Source of the DNA: Eledone cirrhosa
Lineage: Eukaryota
Direction of reading: 5' to 3'
Assembly (NCBI GenBank): GCA_964016885.1
Contig: OZ024742.1
Coordinates: 131,502,001 to 131,566,000, forward strand
Length of the DNA stretch: 64,000 bases
In this document: piece by piece, positions 39,383-55,329 of the stretch
Numbering within the stretch: the first letter of the stretch is position 1
How the letters are laid out: every line of letters begins with the position of its first letter
Notes under the pieces: model-generated
Seen by the model: only the letters and a program-made list of their open reading frames with translations
Told to the model about the DNA's origin: nothing
Database searches by the model: none
Translations under genes and position numbers: made by a program

Positions 39383-42300
39383 ATAATAATAATAATAATA
39401 ATGATAATAATAATAATAATAATAATAATTATTATTATTATTATAATGATAATAATAATAACATTAATAGCTATAATGATGATATGTATATATATATATC
39501 ATTACTATTATCATCATCATAATCATGATAAATGATGATGATCATCATCAACATCATCAATGTTAATATTATTATCATTATCGTTATTATTATTTTACTG
39601 CTAATTCACATGATCTTTTTTACAAGTTGAATTCATCGCCCTTGTATAGAATTTCCTAGAAAACACTTCTTCGATTGAAGCAAGTTTCAAAATTGTATTT
39701 GATACTTTTTGTGTTTGTTGTAGTTGTTGTTGTTATAGTCATGTTTGCCTGTATTTTCCATCATACTGGTTCTATAATGACTTTGTTTATAGCAGAGTCA
39801 GAATGTAGAATATCACGAGATTACAACAAAATGGAGTGTAGCGTATCCTATCTTAATGTCATTTGATATCAACTACATACCTTAATCAAATTTATTTTCT
39901 AACTCTAATACTTTCCTAATATAAGTTACACTATCGTTTTTGCTATTATATTTATTTATAAATCCTTATTGTTAAAGATTTGCACATGAAAATCGGAAGG
40001 ACAAAGTGAAATGACATGATGTACAATGAGATAGAAACACGTAAACTTGTTGCACCAGGAACGTGGCCTATCGTGCTACACGTTCGTACCTTAAGTAATC
40101 CGATGTTTGTTTATGACCAAGTGCCATTAATGATCACTTATTTATGTAGAAATAACGATACTGAGTTTACATGCAAAATACAGAAAGAGAAAATGAAACA
40201 AACTATCCATACATCATAAAATCCACCTGATAGTTGACCATGAGTCATCATTGTAACTTTATTTAATTTTGATAGATTTACCTCTCTGGAGACAGCAACG
40301 TTTAACATTCAGTGTAGTTAATTTACGTGCAGAGAATCCGGCCTTAGAAAATACTAGTTAGTTGTTGACTAAACTAGCCTACAGAGTAGCAAGAATCAAA
40401 TAACATTCATCTTGGATTCCTGGATATAGAACACATAATTTTCGAATGTGCAGCAAAGAACCGAGCATATGTTCGAACCAAAGAAAGTATAGAGCCCCAT
40501 TTACAGTCATGCTTTTCAGCTTCATACTCGAGCAATATCATGAAAAATAACGTGTAGGGTTAATATTTAAATATACTACATCGTCTATATTCTGACAATC
40601 GAGATTGCGTTCGATATTCTACATCCTAATTTTCCTGTAAAAAAAAACCACCTTTAACTTGTTGTATAAAGCAATGAGAAAAATAAAGCAAAATAAAAAA
40701 TAAAACATTTCAGATACTTGAATCCTTATCAGTTATAGCTTAGACGTCATTTTCAGGACTTACGGCTATGTATGTTCAATATATATTTGTATTTCGTTAT
40801 ATAAAGATGTTGAAGGAAAGTTGAAAAAATATTTTAGGCAAAGATCCATAATGATGGGGATGTTGAATTAAATTCAATATATTTACATAGAGTTGGAGAT
40901 ATTCGTTCTGAAAGGACTTCTGAGCTATAGTCACAGGTGATGAAAGAACACACGTCTAGAAATATAATTATCTACTGCATTCATCCTGATGTTAACTGTA
41001 ACATAAGCACCTGGGGCTTTATTTGAAGGATGTTCTCGGTGTTAACAGGCAGCTTGCACTACTTTTCCTTATATTTTGTCGCACTAACTTAATTAGGGAA
41101 ATAGAAACTCCTGCCCTTAAGTACTTAGGAAAGTTGTCGAACAATTTGTTTATTCAAAAAAAGAAGAAAAAAGGGGGAAAATAAATTGTCTGAAGTGAAT
41201 AACAACAACGATAAAAAAAAGAAAAGAATATATATACATCGTAAAATAAATGATTGCAAACAGCCGAAGGCACAACATTAATACTAAAATCAACAAAACA
41301 TCAGCTTATGGATTTAGATGGTTGATAAGATCTCGACAGGATTTTACATTTAGGTATATTACTATTGATTTTCTTCGACTAGACATTTGGCAAGTTATGA
41401 GATGGACGTCAATCTGTTACAGGTACGCATTCTTTGGTCCAGTGGTGGAGAGTTGAAAATAGCGATTTAAATGAAAGCGTGAGGCTTCTTATAGTATCAT
41501 GTATAGTATCAAGCAAATCATATGAATAATATCTTAGTTTCTGACGCCATATTTTCTGGCACGTACATCAACATTCGTAGAATATCAAATTCGCCCACCT
41601 TAATGGGAAGTATATCCCTACATTTAGAACAAGATATTTCCTAGTTTTAGTTAATTTGTGATGTTTGATACCGCTTGCATATTCTGTTTAAACATATATA
41701 TATAGTTACACTTAAACCAGTGTTCCTTAGATTTAATAAATGATATATATTGGATATATTATTACATTATATTATTACATTGTAGGTTAAATATAGGATA
41801 GAAATTATGACTTTTAAGCCGAAGTCTTCATGGTCTTAGGCTTAAATTATGTCAATAAGCCAAGGTGGGCTTAGTATTTGAGGACACTTGAACAAGGTTT
41901 TTACTAAAAATGATCATAATTAAGAACTATATGTATTCCATTGCATGAAATTCCTGGCAAAAACATGAAAATGACATCAGTTGCCCCTCAATAGTTAAGG
42001 CTGTAATTCATAAGGAAACAGAGAAATAAGTCATAGGTGATTATTAGTGGAGGAGAAATAGCAGGCAGTCATAATTCTTGTGAAACAATGCCAGGATAAT
42101 AGATAAGGAACAACACTAGCAGTTAAAACAATTCAAAGTGTCAGCAGATATATTTAGATCGGATAACCCACTCAGTGTGGCTGACATTTTTATGAAAGCC
42201 CTATGGAAGTAAAAAACCTCAAACCTAAAAATCATAGAAAGTAATGTAAAGGATGATGTGCTCATGCGCAGAGATACTATAAAACAGGGTGAAGACCCTT

Positions 42301-42535
42301 AGATGACGGAAAAAGATGTTATCGGCCGTTATGAGGAATTGAACCTATATCTCCCAGATACCGGCTAGGCACTTTTAAGCCATTAAGTTAAAGGAGCGTG
42401 ACAACTGTTTACGTGCTTTTAAAGTGTGTAGCTGTAGAACAGCTTTCACATGTCAGCAGACACACAGGCTGACAGGCAGACATCAGTATATAAACTAACA
42501 AATACGTAACTAAACTCTCGGATTTTAAGCATTCA

Positions 42536-42599
<64 letters not shown>

Positions 42600-43374
42600 A
42601 AATGATAATGTGCTCATGCACATAGATAAAATAGCATCTTCGCGCAGGAGCCCATCATCCTTTACATTAGCTCTATATTCCCAGCGCTTAAAAGTCCGAG
42701 AGATAGAAAGAAATGTTTAATACTCTTAATTTATATACATCCTTTGTCCAACACTGTATCTTCTGTCAGTGCGTCCAATCCCCAGATTAATGTAACTACA
42801 TATAGTCTACCTTCAACGGAGGACGCAAGCTGCAACAGAAATGACAAAATATCTAATACTTAAGTTATCATGAACAGGGTAAATGAAATGGGAAGATTTT
42901 AACCCCGTTCTGTGAATAATGATTTTGACTCTAAATACTGAGAACATTACAGAATAGGTCAGGAATCTGAAGAACACAAGAGTGAGCAACTGTCGAAACG
43001 TTGTAATCTAATAACCAAATTGATGACACTACTCCGAATACATCAGCTTATATGAATCATAAGTCCTCCAAATTTAAGAGATAGTTTGCATCATATTTGT
43101 AATATATATCAGAATCATCGATGGGATTCTCCGCCTGAAGGAATTAATGAACAGAATCTGTATTTAATACGGCATGTTTTAGGCTGTAAATTAAATATGT
43201 ATTGAAATCAGAAATTCATATTTACACACACATACACACACATATATATAGACATAGACGCCTTGACAAACACACACTCACATGAACACTTAAAAATACT
43301 GCACGCATTCATATTTCTATGCGTGCTTCGTTGTATGTGTTTCGTACCGATCCCTACTTTGGACTGGATACAGC

Positions 43375-44370
43375 AAAACCGAGTAATGCCAGGAAGTGTA
43401 TCCATGTTTTGTAGACATTGAAAAGGCATATGACCGCCTTTCCTGGGACCTGCTGGGGGAGGTTCAGCAGGAATATGGGATCGATTATCAGCTCCGTGCT
43501 ACCCTGTTACTATACCAATACCCATGGATTTATGTTCGGATAAATGTATCTAAATCGAAGGCATTCTAGGTGGGAGACGGACTCCGTCAAGAGTGCGTAC
43601 TTTCACTCCTGTTTATTATTTACATGAACAGGATTGATATGCCAAGCCGGATGGAAGTGGTATCATGACTGGTGGGTGTAAAGTCAATGGTCTGGACTTT
43701 GCAGATGACATGGTGTTACTTAACTTGAGGGAAGGTGATCTCCGACTCGACGTGCACACGACAGGTTTAATGTCGAGTACTGAATGGCTGAAATAATAAC
43801 CAGTGCTGCGAAAATTGAGACGCTCGTTCACTGCGCAATGCACGCTACATGTAAATGGAGTTCCATTTAAGCAGGAAGAAAACTTCAAGTATCTTGGGGT
43901 CTGTTCACGAGAGATGGAAGGTAGGAGGCTGAATTAAGTGCATGAATAGCAGCAGCTGGTGCAGTAACGCGCCGGCTTCAGCATTCTGTAATCAGAAGAA
44001 AGGAGGAAGGCGCAAAAGCCAAACTCGCTATCTTCAAGTTGGTATTCATGCCAACCCTTACCTATGGTCATGAATCTTTGGTAATGACCGAAAGAGTACA
44101 ATCGCGAATACAAGCAGCCGAAATGGGGTTTATCCGAAGGGTCTCTAGAGTAACGTTACTCGATAGAGTGCGTAGCTCGGAGATCAGAGAGTTACTCCAA
44201 TTAGAGGGGCTACTTCTCCAAATTGCGAGATCACAGCTCCGATATTATGGGCATGTGTTTAGAATGTCTCGAGAAACAATCGCTGGACAGATTTGACGGG
44301 CAACACCAACCGGCAGGAGACCTAGGGGTAAACCCCGAGCGATATGTTTGGATAACATCCATGAGCTTGG
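43375..44370 (+). mobile_element. RTE-clade LINE, RT and 3' remnant
   Basis: FVDIEKAYDR, GLRQECVLS, FADD, FKYLG, PTLTYGHES, AAEMGFIRR, RYYGHV.RM, GRRPRGKPR. Confidence 0.9.
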
Positions 44371-44584
44371 CAAATAAATAAACACTAAACAAATAAACAT
44401 ATTTCGAGGATATAATTCAGTGGATTAAAATCGAACAGCACTCTATTTATGCTGCAGTCTAATGTAGGAATCCTTATGCAACAGTTAAAATAAACAAGTC
44501 TAAGACACAGAATAAAAACAATTTTTATAAAAACAATAATTCCATCTCTTGTGAAATAATTTATTTATCCTGTGTTTGTACACA

Positions 44585-47500
44585 CTCACAGAAACAAACA
44601 TATCGGCACTAAGAAACACAGACACACACATATAGGCACTAAGAAACACAGACACACACATATAGGCACTAAGAAACACAGACACAAACATATAGGCTCT
44701 AAGAAACACAGACACAAACATATAGGCTCTAAGAAACACAGACACAAACATATAGGCTCTAAGAAACACAGACACAAACATATAGGCACTAAGAAATACA
44801 GACACACACATATAGGCACTAAGAAACACAGACACAAACATATAGGCACTAAGAAACACAGACACAAACATATAGGCACTATGAAACACATACACAAACA
44901 TATAGGCTCTAACAAACACAGACACAAACATATAGGCTCTAAGAAACACAGAGACAAACATATAGGCACTAAGAAACACAGACACAAACATATGGGCACT
45001 AAGAAACACAGACATACACATATAGGCACTAAGAAACACAGACACAAACATATAGGCATTAAGAAACACAGACACAAACATATAGGCACTAAGAAACACC
45101 AACACAAACATATAGGCACTAAGAAACACAGACACAAACATATAGGCACTAACAAACACAGACACAAACATATAGGCACTAAGAAACACAGACACAAACA
45201 TATAGGCTCTAAGAAACACAGACACAAACATATAGGCCCTAAGAAACACAGACACAAACATATAGGCACTAAGAAACACAGACACAAACATATAGGCATT
45301 AAGAAACACAGACACAAACATATAGGCACTAACAAACACAGACACAAACATAGAGGCACTAAGAAACACAGATACAAACATATAGGAATTAAGAAACACA
45401 GACACAACCATATAGGCACTAACAAACACAGACACAAACATATAGGCACTAAGAAACACAGACACAAACATATAGGCCCTAAGAAACACAGACACAAATA
45501 TATGGGCACTAAGAAATACATACACAAACATATAGGCTCTAAGAAACACAGACACAAACATATAGGCCCTAAGAAACACAGACACAAACATATAGGCACA
45601 AAGAAACACAGACACAAACATATAGTCACTAAGAAACACAGACACAAACATATAGGCACTAAGAAACACAGACACAAACATATAGGCACTAAGAAACACA
45701 GACACACACATATAGGCACTAAGAAACACAGACACAAACATATAGGCACTAAGAAACACAGACACACACATATAGGCACTAAGAAACACAGACATACACA
45801 TATAGGCACTAAGAAACACAGACACAAACATATGGGCACTAAGAAACACAGATATACACATATAGGCACTAAGAAATACAGACACAAACATATGGGCACT
45901 AAGAATCACAGACACAAACATATAGGCACTAAGAAATACAGACACAAACATATAGGCTCTAAGAAACACAGACACAAACAAATAGGCACTAAGAAACACA
46001 GACACAAACATATATGCACTAAGAAACACAGACACAAAGATATAGGCTCTAAGAAACACAGACACAAACATATAGCCTCTAAGAAACACAGACACAAACA
46101 TATAGGCACTAAGAAACACAGACACAAACATATAGCCTCTAAGAAACACAGACAAACATATAGGCACTAAGAAACACAGACACAAACATATAGGCTCTAA
46201 GAAACACAGACACAAACATATAGGCACTAAGAAATACAGACACAAACATATAGGCTCTAAGAAACACAGACACAAACATATAGGCACTAAGAAACACAGA
46301 CACAAACATATAGGCTCTAAGAAACACAGACACAAACATATAGGCTCTAAGAAACACAAACACAAACATATAGGCACTAAGAAACACAGACACGAACATA
46401 TAGGCCCTAAGAAACACAGACACAAACATATAGGCACTAAGAAACACAGACACAAACATATACGCACTAAGAAACACAGACACAAACATTTAGGCACTAA
46501 GAAACACAGACACAAACATATAGGTACTAAGAAACACAGACACAAACATGTTGGCTCTAAGAAACACAGACACAAACATATAGGCACTAAGAAACACAGA
46601 CACAAACATATAGGCTCTAAGAAACACAGACACAAACATATAGGCATTAAGAAACACAGACACAAACATATGGCCACTAAGAAACAGAGACACAAACATA
46701 TGGCCACTAAGAAAAACAGACACAAACATATGGGCACTAAGAAACACAGACACAAACATATAGGCACTAAGAAACACAGACACAAACATATAGGCAGTAA
46801 GAAACACATACACAAACATATAGGCCCTAAGAAACACGGACATAAACATATAGGCACTAAGAAACACAGAGACAAACATATAGGCACTAAGAAACACAGA
46901 TACAAACTTATAGACACTAAAAAACACAGACACAAACATACAGGCCCTAAGAAACACAGACACAAACATATAGGCACCAAGAAACACAGATACGAACATA
47001 TAGGCACTAAGAAACACAGACACAAACATATAGGCACTAAGAAATACATACACAAACATATAGGCCCTAAGAAACACATACACAAACATATAGGCACTAA
47101 GAAACACAGACACAAACATATAGGCAATAAGAAACACATACACAAACATATAGGCACTAAGAAACACAGATACAAACATATAGGCACTAAGAAACACAGA
47201 CACAAACATATAGGCACTAAGAAACACAGACACAAACATATAGGCACTAGGAAACACAGACACACACATTTAGACCCTAAGAAACACAGACACAAACATA
47301 TAGGCACTTAGAAACACAGACACAAACATATAGGCACTAAGAAACACAGACACAAAGATTTAGGCATTACGAAACACAGACACAAACATATAGGCACTAA
47401 GAAACACAGACACTAACATATAGGCACTAAGAAACACAGACACAAACATTTAGGCATTACCAAACACAAACACAAACATATAGGCTCTAAGAAACACAGA

Positions 47501-50468
47501 CACAAACATATAGGCACTAAGAAACACAGAGACAGACATATAGGCACTAAGAAACACAGACACAAACATATAGGCATTAAGAAACACAGACACAAACATA
47601 TAGGCACTAAGAAACACAGACACAAACATATAGGCCCTAAGAAACACAGAGACAAACATATAGGGACTAAGAAACACAGACACAAACATATAGGCACTAA
47701 GAAACACAGACACAAACATATAGGCCCTAAGAAACACAGACACAAACACATAGGCACTAAGAAACACAGACATAAAAATATAGGCCCTAAGAAACACAGA
47801 CACAATCATATAGGCATAAGAAACACAGACACAGACATATAGGCTCTGAGAAACACAGACACAAACATATAGGCCCTAAGAAACACAGACACAAACATAT
47901 AGGCCCTAAGAAACACAGACACAAACATATAGGCATTAAGAAACACAGACACAAACATATAGGCATTAAGAAACACAGACACAAACATATAGGCACTAAG
48001 AAACACAGACACAGACATATAGGCCCTAAGAAACACAGTGACAAACATATAGGCACTAAGAAACACAGACACAAACATATAGGCACTTAGAAACACAGAC
48101 ACAAACATATAGGCCCTAAGAAACACAGACTCAAACTTATGGGCACTAAGAAATACATACACAAATAAATAGGCTGTAAGAAACACAGAGACAAACATAT
48201 AGGCACTAAGAAACACAGACATAAACATATAGGCACTAACAAACACAGACACAAACATATAGGCACTATGAAACACAGACACAAACATATAGGCACTAAA
48301 AAACACATACACAAAGATATAGGCACTAAGAAACACAGACACAAACATATAGGCACTAAGAAACACAGACACAAATATATAGGCACTAAGAAACACAGAC
48401 ACAGACATATAGGCCCTAAGAAACACAGTGACAAACATATAGGCACTAAGAAACACAGACACAAACATATAGGCACTAAGAAACACAGACACAAATATAT
48501 AGGCACTAAGAAACACAGACACAGACATATAGGCACTAAGAAACACAGACACAGACACATAGGCCCTACGAAACACAGACACAAACTTATAGGCCCTAAG
48601 AAACACAGACACAAACATATGGGCACTAAGAAATACATACACAAACATATAGGCTCTAAGAAACACAGACACAAACATATAGGCACTAAGAAACACAGAC
48701 ACAAACATATAGGCACTAAGAAACACAGACACAAACATATAGGCACTAAGAAATACAGACAAACATATAGGCTCTAAGAAACACAGAGGCAAACATATAG
48801 GCACTAAGAAACACAGACACAAACATATAGGCACTAAGAAACACAGACACAAACATATAGGCCCTAAGAAACACAGACATAAACATATAGGCACTTAGAA
48901 AAATAGACATAAACATATAGGCACTAACAAACACAGACACAAACATTTAGGCACTAAGAAACACATACACAAACATTTAGGCCCTAAGAAACACATACAC
49001 AAACATTTAGGCCCTAAGAAACACAGACACAATCATATAGGCACTAATAAACACAGACACAAACATATAGGCACTAAGAAACACATACACAAATATATAG
49101 GCACTAAGAAACACTGACACAAACATATAGGCACTAAGAAACACAGACACAGAGATATAGGCCCTAAGAAACACAGTGACAAACATATAGGCACTAAGAA
49201 ACACAGACACAAACATATAGGCACTAAGAAACACAGACACAAACATATAGGCACTAAGAAACACAGACACAGACATATAGGCCCTAAGAAACACAGTGAC
49301 AAACATATAGGCACTAAGAAACACAGACACAAACATATATGCACTAAGAAACACAGACACAAATATATAGGCACTAAGAAACACAGACACAGACATATAG
49401 GCACTAAGAAACACAGACACAGACATATAGGCTCTAAGAAACACAGACACAAACATATAGGCCCTAAGAAACACAGACACAAACATATGGGCACTAAGAA
49501 ATAGATACACAAACATATAGGCTCTAAGAAACACAGACACAAACATATAGGCACTAAGAAACACAGACACAAACATATAGGCACTAAGAAACACAGACAC
49601 AAACATATGGGCACTAAGAAATACAGACACAAACATATAGGCTCTAAGAAACACAGAGGCAAACATATAGGCACTAAGAAACACAGACACAAACATATAG
49701 GCACTAAGAAACACAGACACAAACATATAGGCCCTAAGAAACACAGACATAAACATATAGGCACTAACAAACACAGACACAAACATATAGGCACTAAGAA
49801 ACACATACACAAACATTTAGGCCCTAAGAAACACATACACAAACATTTAGGCCCTAAGAAACACAGACACAGACATATAGGCACTAATAAACACAGACAC
49901 AAACATATAGGCACTAAGAAACACAGACACAAACATATAGGCACTAAGAAACACAGACAGAAACATATAGGCACTAAGTAACACAGACACAAACATATAG
50001 GCACTAAGAAAGACAGACACAAACATATATGCACTAAGAAACACAGACACAAACATATAGGCACTAAGAAACACATACACAAACATTTAGGCCCTAAGTA
50101 ACACAGACACAAACATATAGGCACTAAGAAACACATACACAAACATATAGGCACTAAGAAACACAGACACAAACATATAGGCATTAAGAAACACAGACAA
50201 AAACATTTAGGCCCTAAGTAACACAGACACAAACTATAGGCACTAAGAAACACATACACAAACATATAGGCACTAAGAAACACAGACACAAACATATAGG
50301 CACTAAGAAACACAGACACAAACATATAGGCACTAAGAAACACAGACACAAACATATAGGCACTAACAAACACAGACACAAACATATATGCCCTAACAAA
50401 CACAGACACAAACATATAGACACTAAAAGCACATACACAAACATTTAGGCACTAAGAAACAAACACAT
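44585..50468. repeat. 30-bp minisatellite, ~195 copies (AAGAAACACAGACACAAACATATAGGCACT)
   Basis: Continuous head-to-tail array with point variants and a few 1-2-bp deletions. Confidence 0.97.
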
Positions 50469-50689
50469 AGACTCACAGACACACACTTATATTTCTTTAT
50501 GAACACATATTTGAAGTTCTGTTTTTCATGGCCAGTCTCTTTGCAATTACGTATGTAATTATAATTCTTTTTTGTAATTATATTTCGAAAAGTGGATTAG
50601 TCAGAGTGAGCAGAATTATGATTTGTTTATCGTTTCTCTATCCCATTGTGTTCATTTCATTTCATATATATAAAGATATACACTTTTAT

Positions 50690-51291
50690 ATGATGGCTGC
50701 CAACTCTTTTTCGAGTACGGCCACTACTTTATATCCATGTAGGAGAACCGCTACCGATGCGTTGAACGAGTGTGACTTTTTAGTCCACCCAGCGACTAGA
50801 AAACTCTGGTACAAACACTACACTTGTGACAATTATTGACAAATAGTGTTGGTACAATGGTACCATGTGACGACAAGTGTAGAGAGATCTCTAGATATAA
50901 AGCAATGCCTGTGCCGTGAAGCTTTTATAGTGAGCAAAGGCACTGCACATAGCCAGTTCCACACTCTTAACGAAGATGATATTTACCAAAAAGAAGAACA
51001 AGACATCATCATTGGATACCATCAGGGTTGCAGGTGTTATATCAGAGTTTTCCTTCTCCTAGAATTCTGCCTTGACAAAGGCTAAGGCGTCATCTCTCCC
51101 GGTGATTTTGGGTGGCCATTGACTCTTAAGGGCTCCTTTGCCCTTTGACAGGTTTTGTTTTTAGTCCTGCAGGATGTCCAAAGTCACCCTCCTCACCAAG
51201 AAACCTTGGTAGAGTTGCCAGTTTAGTCGCCAACGACCCGACCATGAGACAGGTTGTATTGGGATACATGTTACCAACTGGTGACCTGACA
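50690..51291 (-). mobile_element. ~600-bp RTE-related non-autonomous retroposon (colinear copy)
   Basis: Homologous to 12848-13450 and 6720-6782; RTE-5'UTR-like ttctaggagaaggaaaactctgata. Confidence 0.7.
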
Positions 51292-51378
51292 TATATACGT
51301 ACATATATACGTACATGCATACAAACACACATATATATATATGTATGTATAATAAATGTATGCATATATGCATCTCTG

Positions 51379-51498
<120 letters not shown>

Positions 51499-51600
51499 AT
51501 ATAATACTATTAGCTTCTCGCTAGAACAATCTCTATACCTTTCATTTATATATATATATATATATATAAAACAAATTCATCACCGTCAAATATATATATA

Positions 51601-51651
<51 letters not shown>

Positions 51652-52789
51652 AAGCGGGATATTGCTGATGTGCATATCTTTAAATTTAGATTTTGGCGTG
51701 CATGATAATTACTATTTTTGCAGCTAAATTATGTTGGTGTGTACTTCTCGATGATTTTGACGACAAACACTATTTCTCTTGGGATATCAATTCTTCTTCG
51801 GTGGCTCATGAAATTATTAGAATATAAAGTTTAAAAACAAAATTGCAAAATAATCTCACAAACAGAAGAATGTCAATGAAATAAAATTAATTAAGAAATG
51901 AAAAAAAAAAAAACGTGAAAAATGTGTTCCCAAACCCACCACATCTAATCAAAATTCAAATTTCTACATTTTAGTCGTAAAGAATAATTAAATAACCCTT
52001 GTGGTTTATAATTTCATAATATTTTTCATATATTCCTGTTCTCAGTTTTTCGATTTTTACGATTTTATATCATATCTTTGTATCTTTATATTTTATATTT
52101 CTCAAATATTTGTCGTGGTGCGTAAACCTTATCAAACGATCACCGCTGTCCAGAGTGTCACGAATCTACTTCCATCTTGTTAAATCTCCATATATTAAAC
52201 AAAATTCTTTTTTTTATTTCACAAAATTCATTCACACTCATATAATTTACTTTTGTTTTCTTATATCCTGTTGAAATCTTTTACCAGTATCATGGATTAA
52301 CATATATGCATGTAATGATTATATTTAGCTGTGTGTGAAGGAAGGTAAAGACAACACGTATTGAACTTATCTTTAACATTCCAGATATATTCTTAGATAT
52401 TACCTGTTGCTGTCATTTTATTCTACTTGTTGATGAACTTTTTAAGATTACAGAAGAGCGAGAAAGAAAATTTGTTGAGTCATCGTTTGGAATCTTTGAA
52501 TTCGTTTAAACTTAAAAGTAGGATTAACTTTTGAATTTCAAGGAGTCTGTTACGTAGGTTCAAATAACATTCAAATATATATATATATACATAAACACAC
52601 ACACACATATAGAGTAAACAGGGATTATTATTAAAACATATGTTTCCATACATAAATACATGCATACATACATGTCTATATGCATACATGCATGCATGCA
52701 GATATAGATACATATATATGCACATATATATGCGTGCGTATATACATACATATATATTCATATTATATATACATATATAAATAAATAGA

Positions 52790-53085
52790 ATAAAAATGGC
52801 GTAAATATTACAATACAATAGGAGGGAACATGATAATAGTACCACTGGTGATGTTGCAGATGTGCAACGAAAGAACTTTGATAGAATATATATATATATT
52901 TATATCTGTATTTTTAACCGTTGGTCAATCAACGATAAACGTTGATTGCCAAATAAATTAACTATGGAGATATAAAGGATAAAGAAGCGAAAACCAACCA
53001 AACAGTGAGTGTCTTCTGTTATTATTTCTGGCAATATTATCACAACAATATGACCCCCCCCCCGCCCCAAAGTATAACATTATAT
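52790..53085 (+). mobile_element. Solo pLTR of the Penelope family at 8018-9372
   Basis: Aligns to 9000-9310, including the HHR-like CTGGTGA tgttgc..gcaac GAAAG. Confidence 0.75.
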
Positions 53086-53218
53086 ATAATAAGAAAATGC
53101 GAAATAGTTTCAGATGATAAATTCCTTTATTGATAAGGCTGTGATACATATTTCAATGACGACAGTGGCAACGCGATTCTTCGTACCCAGCGCCATGATC
53201 TCATCAGACAGATCTTAC

Positions 53219-53339
53219 ATAATAAAGTTAGGTTTTCGTGGCAATCCAAGTAAAAACGACAAGGGAACAGACAAGGATGATGTTCTTCGCGCCTTCGCAT
53301 GTTCCATTTTACAGTCTTATGAATAACGGACTTTAACAT
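53219..53339 (-). CDS. Candidate host exon (possible start codon at 53307)
   Basis: Acceptor actttcag, donor GTAAGA; MEHAKARRTSSLSVPLSFLLGLPRKPNFI. Confidence 0.2.
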
Positions 53340-53429
53340 CTGAAAGTACTTCGCACTTTCTTATTCTAAATACACTCCGTCATAGTACGTAGAGTTCTTG
53401 AATTGAATTGCATCAATATTTACCATAAG

Positions 53430-53535
<106 letters not shown>

Positions 53536-53660
53536 TACAAGGCTTTACCTTTGTTTACAAACAGCAGAGTATAGGATAGATATCTAATAAATTGTGCTTC
53601 CGTAGCCCATTTGTTGGGCTATAAATAATTCACAGGTCTGACACAGCCTATTTCCTACAT

Positions 53661-53756
<96 letters not shown>

Positions 53757-53844
53757 AGAGAGAGAGAGAAAGAGAGAGAGGGGCGGGGGAGATAGACTGC
53801 GAAGTGGGAAAGAGATATTGAGTAAAAACAGATCCAGTATTGGA

Positions 53845-53985
53845 CTAGTATTTTTTTAACGACTTCGAAAGAATAAAAGGCACAGACCACTTTCGCAGGA
53901 TTTGAACTCAGTGAGAAGAGAGTCGGAACGAATTCCATAAAACAGTCTATATGACGTAACGACGACTCTTTCAGGTCGCCGTTTA
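53845..53985 (-). mobile_element. Diverged SINE
   Basis: ggatttgaactcag (box B, reverse) plus a decayed core. Confidence 0.55.
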
Positions 53986-55067
53986 AATTTCCTGATCATG
54001 TTATTTATTGTTTTAATGCTGACCGAACCAGCCTTTGGTGGAACCAGTAAGCGAAACCTACATCCCTAATGTTGCATATTTTTAATATGTCAGTCATAAT
54101 CTCATGATTATATAAGATTTACCATTTTTTATTAATGATTATCCTGATGGCTCTTAATGTATAGAATATTTTTCCATTCTATCTGATTTTCATTCACATA
54201 TGCTTTCTCTCGGAGAAATATATTTAGTGTAATAAATGGCACTATTACTTATGAATTTTGATAGTAAGACGGCCTAATTTATGTTGAACAGGTATTTGTT
54301 TTTATAAGACCAGCTATTGACGTTTGCCTATGCCTACTGTAAGCTGTTATTCTCTTAACACTTATCGTAGTGAATGGCAACCACAATACTTAAATCATAT
54401 TGCAGTAAGAGATATAATGTATATGAAATGTTAGAAATTCTGTCACTTCGTGTTTCTGATTTAACACGTTTTCTTCCAATCATTGTTGAATTTAGAAATA
54501 GCATTACGCTTCCTAGGCATACTATTGAATAATTCAGATGTTATGACACATATAGCAGCGATTCGTAACTATTATAACGATAAGTATTTTTACACGAAAT
54601 GTTGATATTGTTCAACGTTTTGTAGCCCTTCTTCTATTACTGGTAAAACCTAACTTTACTAGTTGTAGGCAACATTACTTGTGTTGCTATTGCTGTTTTC
54701 GTTCATGTACTTGTGAAATATGTGCTGAGGCTATTTAATTAAGAGCAAGATGTTGTCCAGTTAGATCAAATGGGTAATAGCTGTCAATTGCGCAAACATC
54801 ATTGGAATGATGGTACCCAGGCATTGGGGATTTACTGTGAAGTCCCACATACAATATATAGATGTTCACGACTTGACTATCTAGGGTAATGGATCCCATT
54901 TGAGCCTGAAAAACAACATTGATGTACAATGGATACCAGTATAATACTTAGGTATTTCATTGGCATTCAAACACTGATATTTATGTTGTTCCTTGCCTTG
55001 TTTAGGCACGTATCGAACAAAACTACAATCAAAGCTGTCCTAACAGCCATTATTCCATCTTTGATAG

Positions 55068-55283
55068 TGGGGGATTGGCAGTATCGGCAGAGTGTCGGTC
55101 AACATGTTTGTGATGTTTAGTTACAACCCTTTACACTGCGAATTCAAATCCCGCCTAAGTTAGCTGTTCCTTTTATCTTTACGGGGTTGATAAAAAAAGT
55201 ACCAATAATGTTTGGAGGTAAATTTAAAATATTTTCCTCGTCCCTTCGACTTACAGATCTTGTGTAAAACCAGGAACAATTAT
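55068..55283 (+). mobile_element. Diverged tRNA-derived SINE
   Basis: gattggcagtatcggcagag head, ttcaaatcccgcc, core. Confidence 0.7.
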
Positions 55284-55329
55284 CTTATCTTTGCTTTGTA
55301 CACCATGGAATTACATGTTTCTGTGTTTT

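Noticed and set aside
40330-42350. Faint RNase H-like (WIPG), mariner-like (IVTGDE) and GIY-YIG-like traces
   Set aside because: Isolated short motifs; they need a profile search before being called
44500-50444. Very long ORFs (up to 935 aa) and a CRISPR-like 30-bp periodicity
   Set aside because: Pure tandem repeat with no unique spacers and no cas genes; the ORFs are translations of the repeat and are broken by frameshifts
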